A stretch of DNA of 63,873 nucleotides, filler included, from Myxococcota bacterium (GTDB lineage Bacteria > Myxococcota > Myxococcia > Myxococcales > Myxococcaceae), in the NCBI GenBank assembly GCA_049322255.1. It is 4 parts of 4 records of this genome, joined end to end, with 100 filler letters (N's around TTAATTAATTAA, not from the genome) between each part and the next. Parts side by side here need not be neighbours in the genome. Positions count along the whole stretch, not along the records: positions 37,086 to 55,507 come from JBMORE010000086.1; positions 55,608 to 63,873 come from JBMORE010000145.1; 2 more parts are not named here. One strand, 5' to 3'. The first letter of the stretch is position 1, and each line of letters begins with the position of its first letter. The notes under the pieces were generated by a model, which searched no databases, was not told where the DNA came from, and was given only the letters and a program-made list of their open reading frames with translations. Of this stretch, positions 51,619 through 61,074 are shown piece by piece. Position numbers and translations under genes: made by a program.

Positions 51619-52977
51619 TTACAGGCAGGCCTGTGCGCACTCGAGGGTGCGGTCTTCCTGCACTGCACAGCGATTTGAAATGCATTCCCCGTCGGATTGA
51701 CAGGGCTGCCCCACCAACTTGTTGGGCGCCCGACAGGTGAGGGTCGTTTCGGCGTCGCAATATCCACTGGCGCACGGAACGGTGACCACCCGGGTGGCAT
51801 CGACGGGGAAAGCGCAGCGCTCGCCCTGGCCGGCGGGACCGGTGCAGGTGCCGAAGTCGCCGCTCCCTCCCGGCTTGCAGTACACCTCGAGCCCCGAGCA
51901 GGTCTGCGAGGAAACCGTGCAGGCATCTCCCAGGGTGGGCGTGGGCGAGCACTGGTTGGCCGCCTTGTCGCAATACGTGCCCGCCTCGCACTGGTCGCCC
52001 ACGTAGAGGGCGTAAGGGGTGTGCAGACAGTTGGCGCCCACGGGAGCGGGGCGCTGGCACACGCCGGGCACCGGGGGGGCGTCGGGGAAAGGAGTGAAGT
52101 CGATGTCGAAGCAGACCAGCCCTGGCTCACAGCTCCAGTGGAACTTGCAAGGCTGCCCGATGGAGAGCGGCTTGACGCAGGTGCCCACTTCGCCGCGGAC
52201 GAAGGGCGCCACGTCGCAGGCCAGCCCTGGCTCGCAGGTGGAGAGCCGCTGGACGTCGAAGACGCAAGGCTCGCCCGCCTTGCCGCGAGGGCGGCAGCTG
52301 CCTGACAGGCAATACAAGGCGGCGGCGCACTCGTCGCTGGAAGCGCAGGCCTCGTTCACCGTGCGCGCGGGGGTGCAGCGGTCATCGGTGGGGTCGGCGG
52401 TGGATTGGTCATCGCAGAAGGAGCCTGGGGCGCAACCAAAGCCGCACGGCTCGCCGTTGGTGGGCTGGGTGGAGCAGGTGCCGCGGCAGACGCCTCCGGG
52501 TTTGATGCACACCGTTCCCGGTGCACACTCCACCGCGTGCTCGCAGGGCTGACCGGAAGGAACGTTGCCCACGAGCAGCCCGGAGGTGAGGGTGCAGTCG
52601 GAGAACGGGCGCGCGGCGATGTTCGGGTAACCGGGCGGGAAGGTGGGCGCGCAAAAAGAGCTCTTCATGCGCTCCTCACAGTCGAGGACCTTGGCGGCGT
52701 CGATCTCCACCGTCTGGGCGTCGAAATAGGGGCGCAGGGTTTCGTACTCGGCCAGGCAGCGGGCCTGCTCGAGGGAGCGGCAGGAAGCAGCCGTTTCGCG
52801 GTGGAAGGCGGCGTAGCAGCGCGCGGTCAAGTCGCAGCGCGCCGCCGCCAGCCGGTCACACAGCTCGACGGGAGAGAGGGTGAGGCCGGCGTCGACCCCC
52901 GCATCTTCGGTGGGCGTGGGTGCCGGACAGGCGGCAAGGAGCGCTGCGCACAAGAGCACAGTGAAGGTCTTACCCAC
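51619..52977 (-). CDS. Cys-rich lipoprotein (GxxC...C..G..C repeats)
   Basis: Lipobox LAAC; repeated GEPC/GQPC units. Confidence 0.85.
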   Translation of the reverse strand: MGKTFTVLLCAALLAACPAPTPTEDAGVDAGLTLSPVELCDRLAAARCDLTARCYAAFHRETAASCRSLEQARCLAEYETLRPYFDAQTVEIDAAKVLDCEERMKSSFCAPTFPPGYPNIAARPFSDCTLTSGLLVGNVPSGQPCEHAVECAPGTVCIKPGGVCRGTCSTQPTNGEPCGFGCAPGSFCDDQSTADPTDDRCTPARTVNEACASSDECAAALYCLSGSCRPRGKAGEPCVFDVQRLSTCEPGLACDVAPFVRGEVGTCVKPLSIGQPCKFHWSCEPGLVCFDIDFTPFPDAPPVPGVCQRPAPVGANCLHTPYALYVGDQCEAGTYCDKAANQCSPTPTLGDACTVSSQTCSGLEVYCKPGGSGDFGTCTGPAGQGERCAFPVDATRVVTVPCASGYCDAETTLTCRAPNKLVGQPCQSDGECISNRCAVQEDRTLECAQACL

Positions 52978-53695
52978 GTTTTTTCACCGCTCCCGCCTTG
53001 TCGACGAAGTAGGGGTCTTGCAGGACGGCTTCGACCTTCTCGCGAAAACCCTGGATGCCGAATTCGCTCGCATGGAGGGCGGCCAGCGCGGCGGTGCGCA
53101 CGCGGCGAGCGGTCTCTTCGGCGGTGAGCAGTTTCAAGATCGGCTCGCGCGCCGGCTCGAACTTCTTCGGCCCCAGCACCTTGAGCGCCGAAATCTTCAC
53201 GTCGTCGGACATGTCCTCGAGGAAGGGCAGCGCGGCGGGGGCGATGCGCGGGTCGTCCTTGTCTTCGACGAAGCCGAGGAGGACCTCTTTCTTTTCGGGG
53301 TTGCGGGTGTAGGTCGCTCCCAGCTTTCCGAGCAGCTCGGTGACGATGCCGATCACCTCGGGCTCGGGGAGCACCGAAGAGAGAATGCGGATCGCCCAGG
53401 AGGTCGCCAAGTCGGACTTGTGGAGGAACTCTTTTGCCGGGCCGACTGCCTCGGAGCCGTGGGAACAGATGAGCTCGAAGACATGCTCCTTCTCGTCGGC
53501 GTCGGTGGTCTGCGGCTCGACCGAGATGGTGAAGCGGGCGAGCAAGACCGAGATCGCCTCGGGGAACTTCATCTCCCCCAGCTGGGAGATGGCTTTTTGC
53601 CTGGCCGCGGCATCGCCGTACTTCTGAGTGACTTTCGCCTTGAGCTTTTGCGCCTTCTGCGGTCCCGAGCCGCTGAAGATGTCGAGGATGCCCAC
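52970..53695 (-). CDS. HEAT-repeat protein
   Basis: HEAT-like helices (DDVKISALKVL, RVRTAALAAL); GGAGG RBS. Confidence 0.8.
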   Translation of the reverse strand: MGILDIFSGSGPQKAQKLKAKVTQKYGDAAARQKAISQLGEMKFPEAISVLLARFTISVEPQTTDADEKEHVFELICSHGSEAVGPAKEFLHKSDLATSWAIRILSSVLPEPEVIGIVTELLGKLGATYTRNPEKKEVLLGFVEDKDDPRIAPAALPFLEDMSDDVKISALKVLGPKKFEPAREPILKLLTAEETARRVRTAALAALHASEFGIQGFREKVEAVLQDPYFVDKAGAVKKRG

Positions 53696-53775
53696 CTGTC
53701 ACCTCCGCGCGGCGGTGTAGCGGGGAGCAAGCCAATCGGCAAGCCCCGAGCGATAGGATGGCGCCGCCGAGACGT

Positions 53776-54195
53776 TTACTGGGCCACTGCTGGCGGGGCC
53801 GGTTCCACGATTCTCAGCGGCACGAACGTTCCGTTGGGCTCCGGCTCCCGCTCCCACCAGTAGGCGCCTCCGCGCTGCAGTGCCTGAAGGTTGTCGACAC
53901 CCTCGATCTTCATTTCCCGGTGGCGTCCAGCGAGATTCCCGGAGCTGCTTGTGGCCGCCAGCGCGAACACGAGCCGTCCATCTATTGCCTTGCAGTTCGG
54001 CTGGAAGAAGAACGGATGATTCCCCTGGGTCCAGGCCAGGAAGTACTCCCCGCCCCGGTGCTCCACGACGGGCGGTGCCGAGAAGAGCGCTGTGTCCGTG
54101 GACGAGAAACCTGGACCAAAACGCCAACCGAGAGCAACGCACCCGCCGAGAGCCATCACCGCTGCGAGAACAACGGTGAGGAATACCTTCTTCAT
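53776..54195 (-). CDS. Hypothetical exported/membrane protein
   Basis: MKK plus hydrophobic N-terminus, GAGG RBS. Confidence 0.6.
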   Translation of the reverse strand: MKKVFLTVVLAAVMALGGCVALGWRFGPGFSSTDTALFSAPPVVEHRGGEYFLAWTQGNHPFFFQPNCKAIDGRLVFALAATSSSGNLAGRHREMKIEGVDNLQALQRGGAYWWEREPEPNGTFVPLRIVEPAPPAVAQ

Positions 54196-54255
54196 GAGGC
54201 CTCTCTTCTCTCGACGCGGCGTCGCCACGAACTTCCAGATCTTCGAGCGTGGCCA

Positions 54256-54762
54256 CTATTCCGCATCAACGCGGAATGCGACCACTATGAACGAGCCGTC
54301 CGAAGGCACCCATACCTGGCAGTGATAGCGGGTAGGCTCGTCGTCTCCTTTGAAGGGGCCCTCGGAACGCTTGAACTTCCTGTTGTTCCCGATGCTGCCA
54401 ATGCCATACGCCGCCAGCTTGATGTTGACGACATCGACCGGATCTTCGGCCTGCTTCCAGCCGTATTTCTGCGCCACTCGGAGTATTTGGCTCATGACTG
54501 CGGTGTCGGTGGACTTCCCTGAGACTCGTTTGAACCGGAAGACGCCCCAGCTCGAAAACATGTCTGCATCGTGTTCGCCGCTGACCAACTCGTAGTCGCG
54601 GTTGCTCAGGAAAACTTGAAATGGCTCATCGAGCCCCTTCGTGTACCTCTTCAGCTCTTCGATGGACTGTTCGGCGCTTTTCCTCTCGCAGGCCGCGAGC
54701 GCCAGGCAGGTGCTGCCGGCACAGAGTGCCAATACGAACAATCTGGAAGTGTCAGCCCTCAT
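54256..54762 (-). CDS. Hypothetical lipoprotein
   Basis: Signal with lipobox LAAC; globular composition. Confidence 0.6.
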   Translation of the reverse strand: MRADTSRLFVLALCAGSTCLALAACERKSAEQSIEELKRYTKGLDEPFQVFLSNRDYELVSGEHDADMFSSWGVFRFKRVSGKSTDTAVMSQILRVAQKYGWKQAEDPVDVVNIKLAAYGIGSIGNNRKFKRSEGPFKGDDEPTRYHCQVWVPSDGSFIVVAFRVDAE

Positions 54763-54812
54763 CAGAATCTCGGTGAAATCTCCCCTGGCATTAGCAGCCT
54801 CGGGGACCCCGC

Positions 54813-55507
54813 GTGATAGACCGCGACGATATGCCGAGGGCCAACCTATTTCTAGCGACGCTGGTGTCGCTTGCGGCCACCTCCGGCTATGCCGAGAGAG
54901 GCCGAAGGCCTGGGACCGCTGAAGCAAGCAACGCCCAGTCGCGAGCGCCGGCTTCGCTGACGCTTGCATCGCGAGAGGGTGAGCTTTTGTCGTTGGCCCT
55001 CGACGAGAGTTCCATCTACTGGACGAATCGGGAGGGCGCTCTCAGGAAGGCGCCCAAGGGCGGCGGCACCCTTCAAACTCTGGCGGAGTTTGAGATGCCT
55101 CCCACTCTCGTTGGAGTCGATGCTGTGGCGGCGTACGTCGTGACGGCCGACACACTCTTCGTCGTACGTCGGACCGGCGGGAAAGCGAAGGCGCTCTTCT
55201 CCACCGAGGAAAGATTGTCATTCTGCGCGCTCGATGACTCCGATGTGTACTGCGTTGTCGGGAACCGCCGAGTCCTTCGGATTCCAAAGAAGGGCGGGGT
55301 GGCAACCGTTGTGGTCGCTCGCGCCTCGGGCGAGGACGTGACCTCGATAGCGGTAGATCGGTCAGCGTTGTACGTCGCCGTGTTCACCGAAGCAGCGGTG
55401 TACCAGGCAGCCGACCCGAGCAAGAGACGTTCGCCGAAGGGAAAAAAGCCCGAACTTCCCAACGCCATCATCAAGATCTCGAAGACCGACGGCGCCGTGT
55501 CGCGCTT
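54813..55507 (+). CDS. Secreted beta-propeller protein (DUF5050-like), truncated
   Basis: Repeats LALDESSIYW...PK.GG, ALDDSDVY..IPKKGG, IAVDRSALY. Confidence 0.75.
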
Positions 55508-55607
55508 NNNNNNNNNNNNNNNNNNNNNNNNNNNNNNNNNNNNNNNNNNNNTTAATTAATTAANNNNNNNNNNNNNNNNNNNNNNNNNNNNNNNNNNNNN
55601 NNNNNNN
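55508..55607. other. Artificial contig linker
   Basis: N run with TTAATTAATTAA. Confidence 0.98.
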
Positions 55608-55740
55608 CTAGGCCCCAAGTTGGGTAGCCAGTCGCTTCGGGGGCCTCCCCGACCATGCGCCGCTCGCGGGAACATCAGGCACCGGCTGGCTAGCTGGCGA
55701 GGGTTCCGCACACCCTTACCGCCTCGTTGGGGAGAGGGGA

Positions 55741-57177
55741 CTATGGCGACTGCACAATGAGCTTCTCTTTGCCGCACACCGGACAGCGCACGTGGATGAA
55801 GAGGTCGTCCTCGCTCTCCTCGGGCACGCTGCCCACCGGCACCCCCAGCTCGGCCTGGGCCAGCTCGGCCGCCTTGGTGGGAATGTCCGCGGCCTTGAGC
55901 GCGGCGACCAGCACCATCTCCACGTCGTGACACTCGCGGGCTTCGGGGCCGGAAATCCACGTCGGCTCGGTGCCGGCAGGCTGCCCGGCGAGCGCCTCGA
56001 GGTGGGCGGTGGCCTCGGCGTTGTAGGCGAGCCGGCGTAGCCGCACCTCGTCGGGCACGGCGGCGAAAGCGGCGAACGCCTCCGAAAGCTGGTCGCGGTC
56101 TCCCGAGGTGGCCACGGTGGCCAAGTCGAGCGCCGGCTCGGAGGCCTCCAGCGCCTCCTCCCAGTTGTTCTCGGGGTTGAAGCCTGCCTCCAAGAGCGCG
56201 GTGAACAACTGCGCGGCCGCCAGCCGCCGGCGCAGCTCGCCCAACTGGTCCACCACCTCGTGCGGCAGCTTGAGCTCCCACAACGCCCCCGTTATCCGCG
56301 GGTCCACCGAGGCGGTGAGGTCTTCGACCTCCAACTCAGCGCGCAAGAGGTCCTTGAGCGCCTTCGCAGCGGAGAAGCGGAACTTGGGCGGCTCGCCCAC
56401 CTCGCGCAGGTAGAGGGCGGCGAAGTGCGCCTCCTTGGTGCCCAGCCGCAGCGCTTTCTGCGCGCGCTCGCTCACCCCGGGGTCGGGCACCGGCCGGCGG
56501 TTCTCCAGCCGCGCCTTCACCGCTTCGCGAAGAAGCGACTCCAGGCTGGTGCCGGGCGTGAGGCGGCCCGGCAAAGGCGGCCGCAAGCCCGGGACGTCGA
56601 GCACCCAGGGGGGCACCGTGCCCACGGTCTTGAATCCGCGTGCCAAGAGCGAGGCCGGGGTGTCTTGCGGGCGAAAAGGCGGCAGCTCACCCTCGCCAGA
56701 AGCGGCGGCGAGCATGGCGTTGCGTTGTTCCCGGGTGAACGACGTCACACCCACTGCGGGCGGCGGCGGCGGCGGGGGAGCCTCTTCACCGTCGAGGCCC
56801 ACCACCCGGTCCAAATCCACGTCGTCCAGCTCGAGCCCTTCCAGCCCGCGCGCACCGGAGAAGTCGCAGCGCAAGACCTTCATCTTCTCGAAGGTGGCGC
56901 CTTCTAGGTTGGCGCCGCGGAAGTCGCAGTCTTGCAGCCTGCCGCCGTGGAAGTAGGCGTTGGAGAGGTCGCTGTCGCGGAAGCTCACCTTCGACAGGTC
57001 GCACTTCTCCCACTCGGTGCCGACCAGCTCCAAGGCGGAGAGGTCTGCGTTGGCGGAGTACAGCTGGGCGAAAGTAGCGCCGGTGTGGTCGCTGCCGACC
57101 TTGCCGGCCTTGCGCAGCTTGTTCCATTCGGCCGAGCCGCTTCTCAGGAGCGTTTCGATGCTGGGGGCTTTGGGCAT
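55741..57177 (-). CDS. Pentapeptide-repeat protein with helical C-terminal domain
   Basis: ANADLS/CDLS/SDLSNAYF/CDFRGANLEGATF; poly-Pro linker; C-terminal CPVC. Confidence 0.88.
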   Translation of the reverse strand: MPKAPSIETLLRSGSAEWNKLRKAGKVGSDHTGATFAQLYSANADLSALELVGTEWEKCDLSKVSFRDSDLSNAYFHGGRLQDCDFRGANLEGATFEKMKVLRCDFSGARGLEGLELDDVDLDRVVGLDGEEAPPPPPPPAVGVTSFTREQRNAMLAAASGEGELPPFRPQDTPASLLARGFKTVGTVPPWVLDVPGLRPPLPGRLTPGTSLESLLREAVKARLENRRPVPDPGVSERAQKALRLGTKEAHFAALYLREVGEPPKFRFSAAKALKDLLRAELEVEDLTASVDPRITGALWELKLPHEVVDQLGELRRRLAAAQLFTALLEAGFNPENNWEEALEASEPALDLATVATSGDRDQLSEAFAAFAAVPDEVRLRRLAYNAEATAHLEALAGQPAGTEPTWISGPEARECHDVEMVLVAALKAADIPTKAAELAQAELGVPVGSVPEESEDDLFIHVRCPVCGKEKLIVQSP

Positions 57178-57221
57178 GGATTGGCTTTTATCGGTGTGTT
57201 TAGGTCGCTGGCGACAAGCAA

Positions 57222-58169
57222 ATGCTGGAGTTTCGAATCGACGAGGACCATGCGGGCGTACGGCTGGACAAGTTCCTGCGCAAGAAGCTCGCCTCGGTGC
57301 CGACCTCGCACCTGTTCAAGATGATTCGCACCAAGAAGGTGCGGGTGAACGCCAAGCGCGCCTTCCCCGAGCAGGCGCTCCAGGCGGGCGATGTGCTCAC
57401 CGTTCGCGGGGAGGCGGACAAGCTCCTCGGGCCTGCCCCCGAGCGCCCCAAGACTCCTCCGGTGGTGGACCCCACCCAGCTGGTCGTCCTCTTCGAGGAT
57501 GACTGGATGATGGCGGTGGACAAACCTTCTGGAATGGCGGTGCACACCGGCAGCGGCATCGTTGGAGGAACCCTCGTCGACTACGTGCGCGCTTACCTGG
57601 GAGCCAAGGCCACGCGCAACGATTTTTCCGCGAGCCCCGCCCACCGCCTCGACCGGGAGACCTCGGGTGTCATCCTCGTCGCCAAGCGCCGCCCGGCGAT
57701 GGTGCACTTCACCGACGTCTTCACCCATGGCAAGGCCCAGAAGCGCTACCTCGCCATGGTCAAGGGCCGCATGCCGCGCGACAAGGGCGTCATCGACCTG
57801 CCCCTGGCGGAGCATCAGCAGACGGCCGAGTCCAAGGCGCGCCGGGGGGTGAACCTTCAAGAAGCCATCACCCGCTACTCGGTCGTCAAGCAGACGAGCG
57901 TGGCGGCGCTCCTTTCGGCGACCATCGAGACTGGAAGGACGCACCAGATTCGCCGACACTTGGCTGCCATCGGCCACCCGGTGGCGGGAGACAGAAAGTA
58001 CGGTGACTTCGCGTTCAACCGGGAGGCCAAGGCCCGGTGGGGCCTTCGGCGCTTGTTCTTGCACGCCCAGAGAATCGAGTTCCCTCACCCGGCCGACGGG
58101 CGGAAGATGGTGGTGGAGGCGGCGCTGCCGCCGGAGCTCTCCTTGGTGAAATCGCGTGCGGGTTTGTGA
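57222..58169 (+). CDS. RluA/RluC family pseudouridine synthase with S4 domain
   Basis: RLDKFL, VDKPSGMAVH, HRLDRETSG, TGRTHQIRRH, GDRKYG, LFLHA. Confidence 0.95.
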   Translation: MLEFRIDEDHAGVRLDKFLRKKLASVPTSHLFKMIRTKKVRVNAKRAFPEQALQAGDVLTVRGEADKLLGPAPERPKTPPVVDPTQLVVLFEDDWMMAVDKPSGMAVHTGSGIVGGTLVDYVRAYLGAKATRNDFSASPAHRLDRETSGVILVAKRRPAMVHFTDVFTHGKAQKRYLAMVKGRMPRDKGVIDLPLAEHQQTAESKARRGVNLQEAITRYSVVKQTSVAALLSATIETGRTHQIRRHLAAIGHPVAGDRKYGDFAFNREAKARWGLRRLFLHAQRIEFPHPADGRKMVVEAALPPELSLVKSRAGL

Positions 58170-58172
58170 ACG

Positions 58173-61010
58173 ATGGGCGCGGTGAAAAAGACACGGTCCG
58201 TAGCCGGGCGACCGCGCACCCACCTGGTGCTGGTGGAGGTGCCCCCCAAACGCCCCTGGAAGACTCGCCTCTGGATGACGGGAGCATGGGCGGCTCTGTG
58301 CGGCCTCACCGCGGCCGCTGTGGGGGTGTTCGGCCTCTACTACCACTTCTCCGCCGGCCTGCCCGACATTCCCCGGGTCGACCAGTATTGGCCGCCCATC
58401 GTCAGCGAGGTCTATACCGACGATGCGGTGCTGGCGGGGGAGCTCTACAGCGAGCGTCGCAAGGTCGTGCCCTACGAGCGCATTCCCAAGCGCTTGGTGC
58501 AGGCGTTCATCGCCTCGGAAGACTCGAGCTTCTTCGACCACGGCGGGGTAGACGTGTTCGGCACCGCGCGCGCCGCCTTCAAGACGGCGGTCAAGAAGGC
58601 GACGGGAACCGGCTCGGTGCAGGGCGGTTCGACGCTGACGCAGCAGACGGCGAAAGCGGTACTGGTGACTGCCGAGCTTGCGCAGCTCGATGCAGACGCG
58701 ATGATGAGCGAGGCGGAGGCCCAAGTGCCGCCGCTGGCCGATCCATCCGACGAAGCGGTGAAGGCGGAGGTCGCCGAGCTGAAGAAGACGCAAGCCGTGG
58801 GCGCCCCGGTGGACGTGGAGTCCCTGCGGGAACAGGTCACCTCCCGTTTGCGCAAAAAAGCCGAGCTCGAGCGCATCGAGGCGGTGCGCGCCGCCTACAT
58901 CAGGCTCCGCGAGGAGCGGACCCGCGAGGCGTTCAAGAAAGCCACGGCGAAGAAGCTGGAGCGGAAAGTTCGCGAGGCGATTCTGGCCCGGCGGTTGGAG
59001 GCGGCGCTCACCAAAGAGGAAATCCTCTACCTCTACTTGAACAACGTCTATCTGGGGCACCAGTCCTACGGGGTACAGGCGGCGGCGGAGAACTACTACC
59101 GCAAAGACGTGCGTGACTTGACGTTGGCCGAGATGACCCTCATCGCCGGCCTGCCGCAGGCGCCTTCGCGCTACTCCCCCTTTAGCAACCCGGAGGCGGC
59201 GAAGAAGCGAAGAGGCTACGTGCTTCGCCGCATGCTCGACGAGGGGATGATTTCTCAGGCCGAGCACGACCAGGCCAACGCCGACGAGGTCAAGGTCTAC
59301 CCGGTGGAGGACGTCTTCCACCGCTTCGCGCCCTACTTCACCGAGGAAGTTCGGCGCGACGTGAGCGCGCGCTTCGGCAGCCGGGTGCTGCTCAACGAGG
59401 GCCTCAAGGTCTTCACCACCATGGACTCGGAGCGCCAGCGCGCCGCGCAGGACGCCGTCTTTTGGAACTTGCTCACCGTGGACAAGCGCCAGGGCTTTCG
59501 TGGCCCGCTGCAAAAGCTCACCTCGCCCGCCGAGCGCGCCGCCTTCGTGGAGAAGAGCAAGAAGGTGCTGGGCGAAGAGCCTCTGGCCAACAATCGCTTC
59601 TACGTGGGGCTGGTCACCGCCCTCGACGAGAAGGGGCTGTCGGCCACCGTGCAAGTTGGGCCGCACCAGGGCGTGCTGCCGCTGTTGGGGATGCGCTGGG
59701 CGCGCAAGGTGAATGCCGAGCAGTACTACCCGGCGGTGATGCTCACCAGCGTCAAGCAGGCGCTGACGGTGGGTGACGTCATCGTGGTGCGCGCGGTGGA
59801 CAAGAAAGAGCAGCTGACCGACGACGGCGAGCAGTTCGACGCCACCTTGTTCAAGGAGGTGCCACCGGACGTGCAGCTCTTCCGCCTGGAGCAAGAGCCG
59901 GAGGCGCAGGCGGCGGTGGTCTCCATCGACCCCCACCGCCAGTATCTGGTGGCGATGGTGGGCGGCTACGACTTCGACGCGAACGAGTTCAACCGCGCCT
60001 TCCAGGCCTGCCGGCAGCCGGGGAGCACCTTCAAGCCGCTGGTGTACGGGGCGGCGATCGAGCAGCTCAACTGGACCGAGAACACCGTCATCGTCGACAG
60101 CCCCATCGTCTACGACGACCCCGAGAACCAGAGCCGCTGGAAGCCCGCGAACTACACCGACGAGTTCGAGGGCGACGTGCTCCTGCGCACCGCCGTGGTG
60201 AACTCGATGAACATCCCCGCGGTGAAGACCTTCATCGCGGTGGGTATCAAGAACATGGTGTCCTGGGTGAAGGGCTTGGGGCTCTCCACCCCGATGAACC
60301 AGGACTTCTCGGCGGCGCTGGGCAGCAGCTGCGTCTACCCCATCGAGCTGACGCAGGTGTACGCGACCTTCAACCGGCTGGGGGAGAAGAAGCCGACCTA
60401 CTTCATTCGCAAGATTGAAGACCGCTTCGGGCGCACCCTGGAAGACCACACCGCTTACGACGACCCCTGGGCGGGCTTGAGCGACCGCATCGCCGCCGGG
60501 TACGCGCGGCTGTTCGAGCGAGGCGAGCAGGTGATGAGTAAGGAGTCGGCCTTCATCCTCACTGACTTGATGCGTGGGGTGGTGAAGGAGGGCACCGGCG
60601 CACCGGCGATGCGCCTGGGCAAGCCCGCCGCAGGCAAGACTGGCACCACCAGCGACTCCTTCGACGCCTGGTTCGTCGGGTTCACCCAGGAGCTGGTCAC
60701 CGCTGCGTGGGTTGGCTACGACTTGAATCCCCACCCCTTGGGTCGCTACGAGACGGGTGGTCGCGCCGCCTTGCCCCTCTGGCTGGGGTACATGCGGCGA
60801 GCGCTCGAAGGCCGCGAGCAGCCGGAATTCGTCCCCCCCGCCTCGCTCGACTTGGTGAAGGTGCGGGTCGACTACAAGACGGGGAAGGTCGCCTCCACCG
60901 GTACCCGCTCCTTCGCGGAAATGTGGTTCAAGCGCGGCACCGAGCCCAGCGAGGTGCAGCCGGAGAAGGGCCAGGTCGACCCCAACCAGTTCCTCCTCGG
61001 AACGCAGTAG
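58173..61010 (+). CDS. Class A penicillin-binding protein PBP1A
   Basis: EDSSFFDH.G, GGSTLTQQ, RKVRE, KEEIL.LYLN; STFK, SMN, KTGT. Confidence 0.95.
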   Translation: MGAVKKTRSVAGRPRTHLVLVEVPPKRPWKTRLWMTGAWAALCGLTAAAVGVFGLYYHFSAGLPDIPRVDQYWPPIVSEVYTDDAVLAGELYSERRKVVPYERIPKRLVQAFIASEDSSFFDHGGVDVFGTARAAFKTAVKKATGTGSVQGGSTLTQQTAKAVLVTAELAQLDADAMMSEAEAQVPPLADPSDEAVKAEVAELKKTQAVGAPVDVESLREQVTSRLRKKAELERIEAVRAAYIRLREERTREAFKKATAKKLERKVREAILARRLEAALTKEEILYLYLNNVYLGHQSYGVQAAAENYYRKDVRDLTLAEMTLIAGLPQAPSRYSPFSNPEAAKKRRGYVLRRMLDEGMISQAEHDQANADEVKVYPVEDVFHRFAPYFTEEVRRDVSARFGSRVLLNEGLKVFTTMDSERQRAAQDAVFWNLLTVDKRQGFRGPLQKLTSPAERAAFVEKSKKVLGEEPLANNRFYVGLVTALDEKGLSATVQVGPHQGVLPLLGMRWARKVNAEQYYPAVMLTSVKQALTVGDVIVVRAVDKKEQLTDDGEQFDATLFKEVPPDVQLFRLEQEPEAQAAVVSIDPHRQYLVAMVGGYDFDANEFNRAFQACRQPGSTFKPLVYGAAIEQLNWTENTVIVDSPIVYDDPENQSRWKPANYTDEFEGDVLLRTAVVNSMNIPAVKTFIAVGIKNMVSWVKGLGLSTPMNQDFSAALGSSCVYPIELTQVYATFNRLGEKKPTYFIRKIEDRFGRTLEDHTAYDDPWAGLSDRIAAGYARLFERGEQVMSKESAFILTDLMRGVVKEGTGAPAMRLGKPAAGKTGTTSDSFDAWFVGFTQELVTAAWVGYDLNPHPLGRYETGGRAALPLWLGYMRRALEGREQPEFVPPASLDLVKVRVDYKTGKVASTGTRSFAEMWFKRGTEPSEVQPEKGQVDPNQFLLGTQ

Positions 61011-61074
61011 CAGCTGCCTGGGGTTTTGAAACCAGCTTGAGATCGGTGGTTCGGTCGGCGCAGACTGCGCCGCC

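Noticed and set aside
55608..55740. Possible IS end or structured RNA at the contig start
   Set aside because: No recognisable terminal repeat or RNA family; only a degenerate REP-like tail
58677..58928. Intein in PBP1A
   Set aside because: No N-terminal Cys/Ser or C-terminal His-Asn; too short and helical
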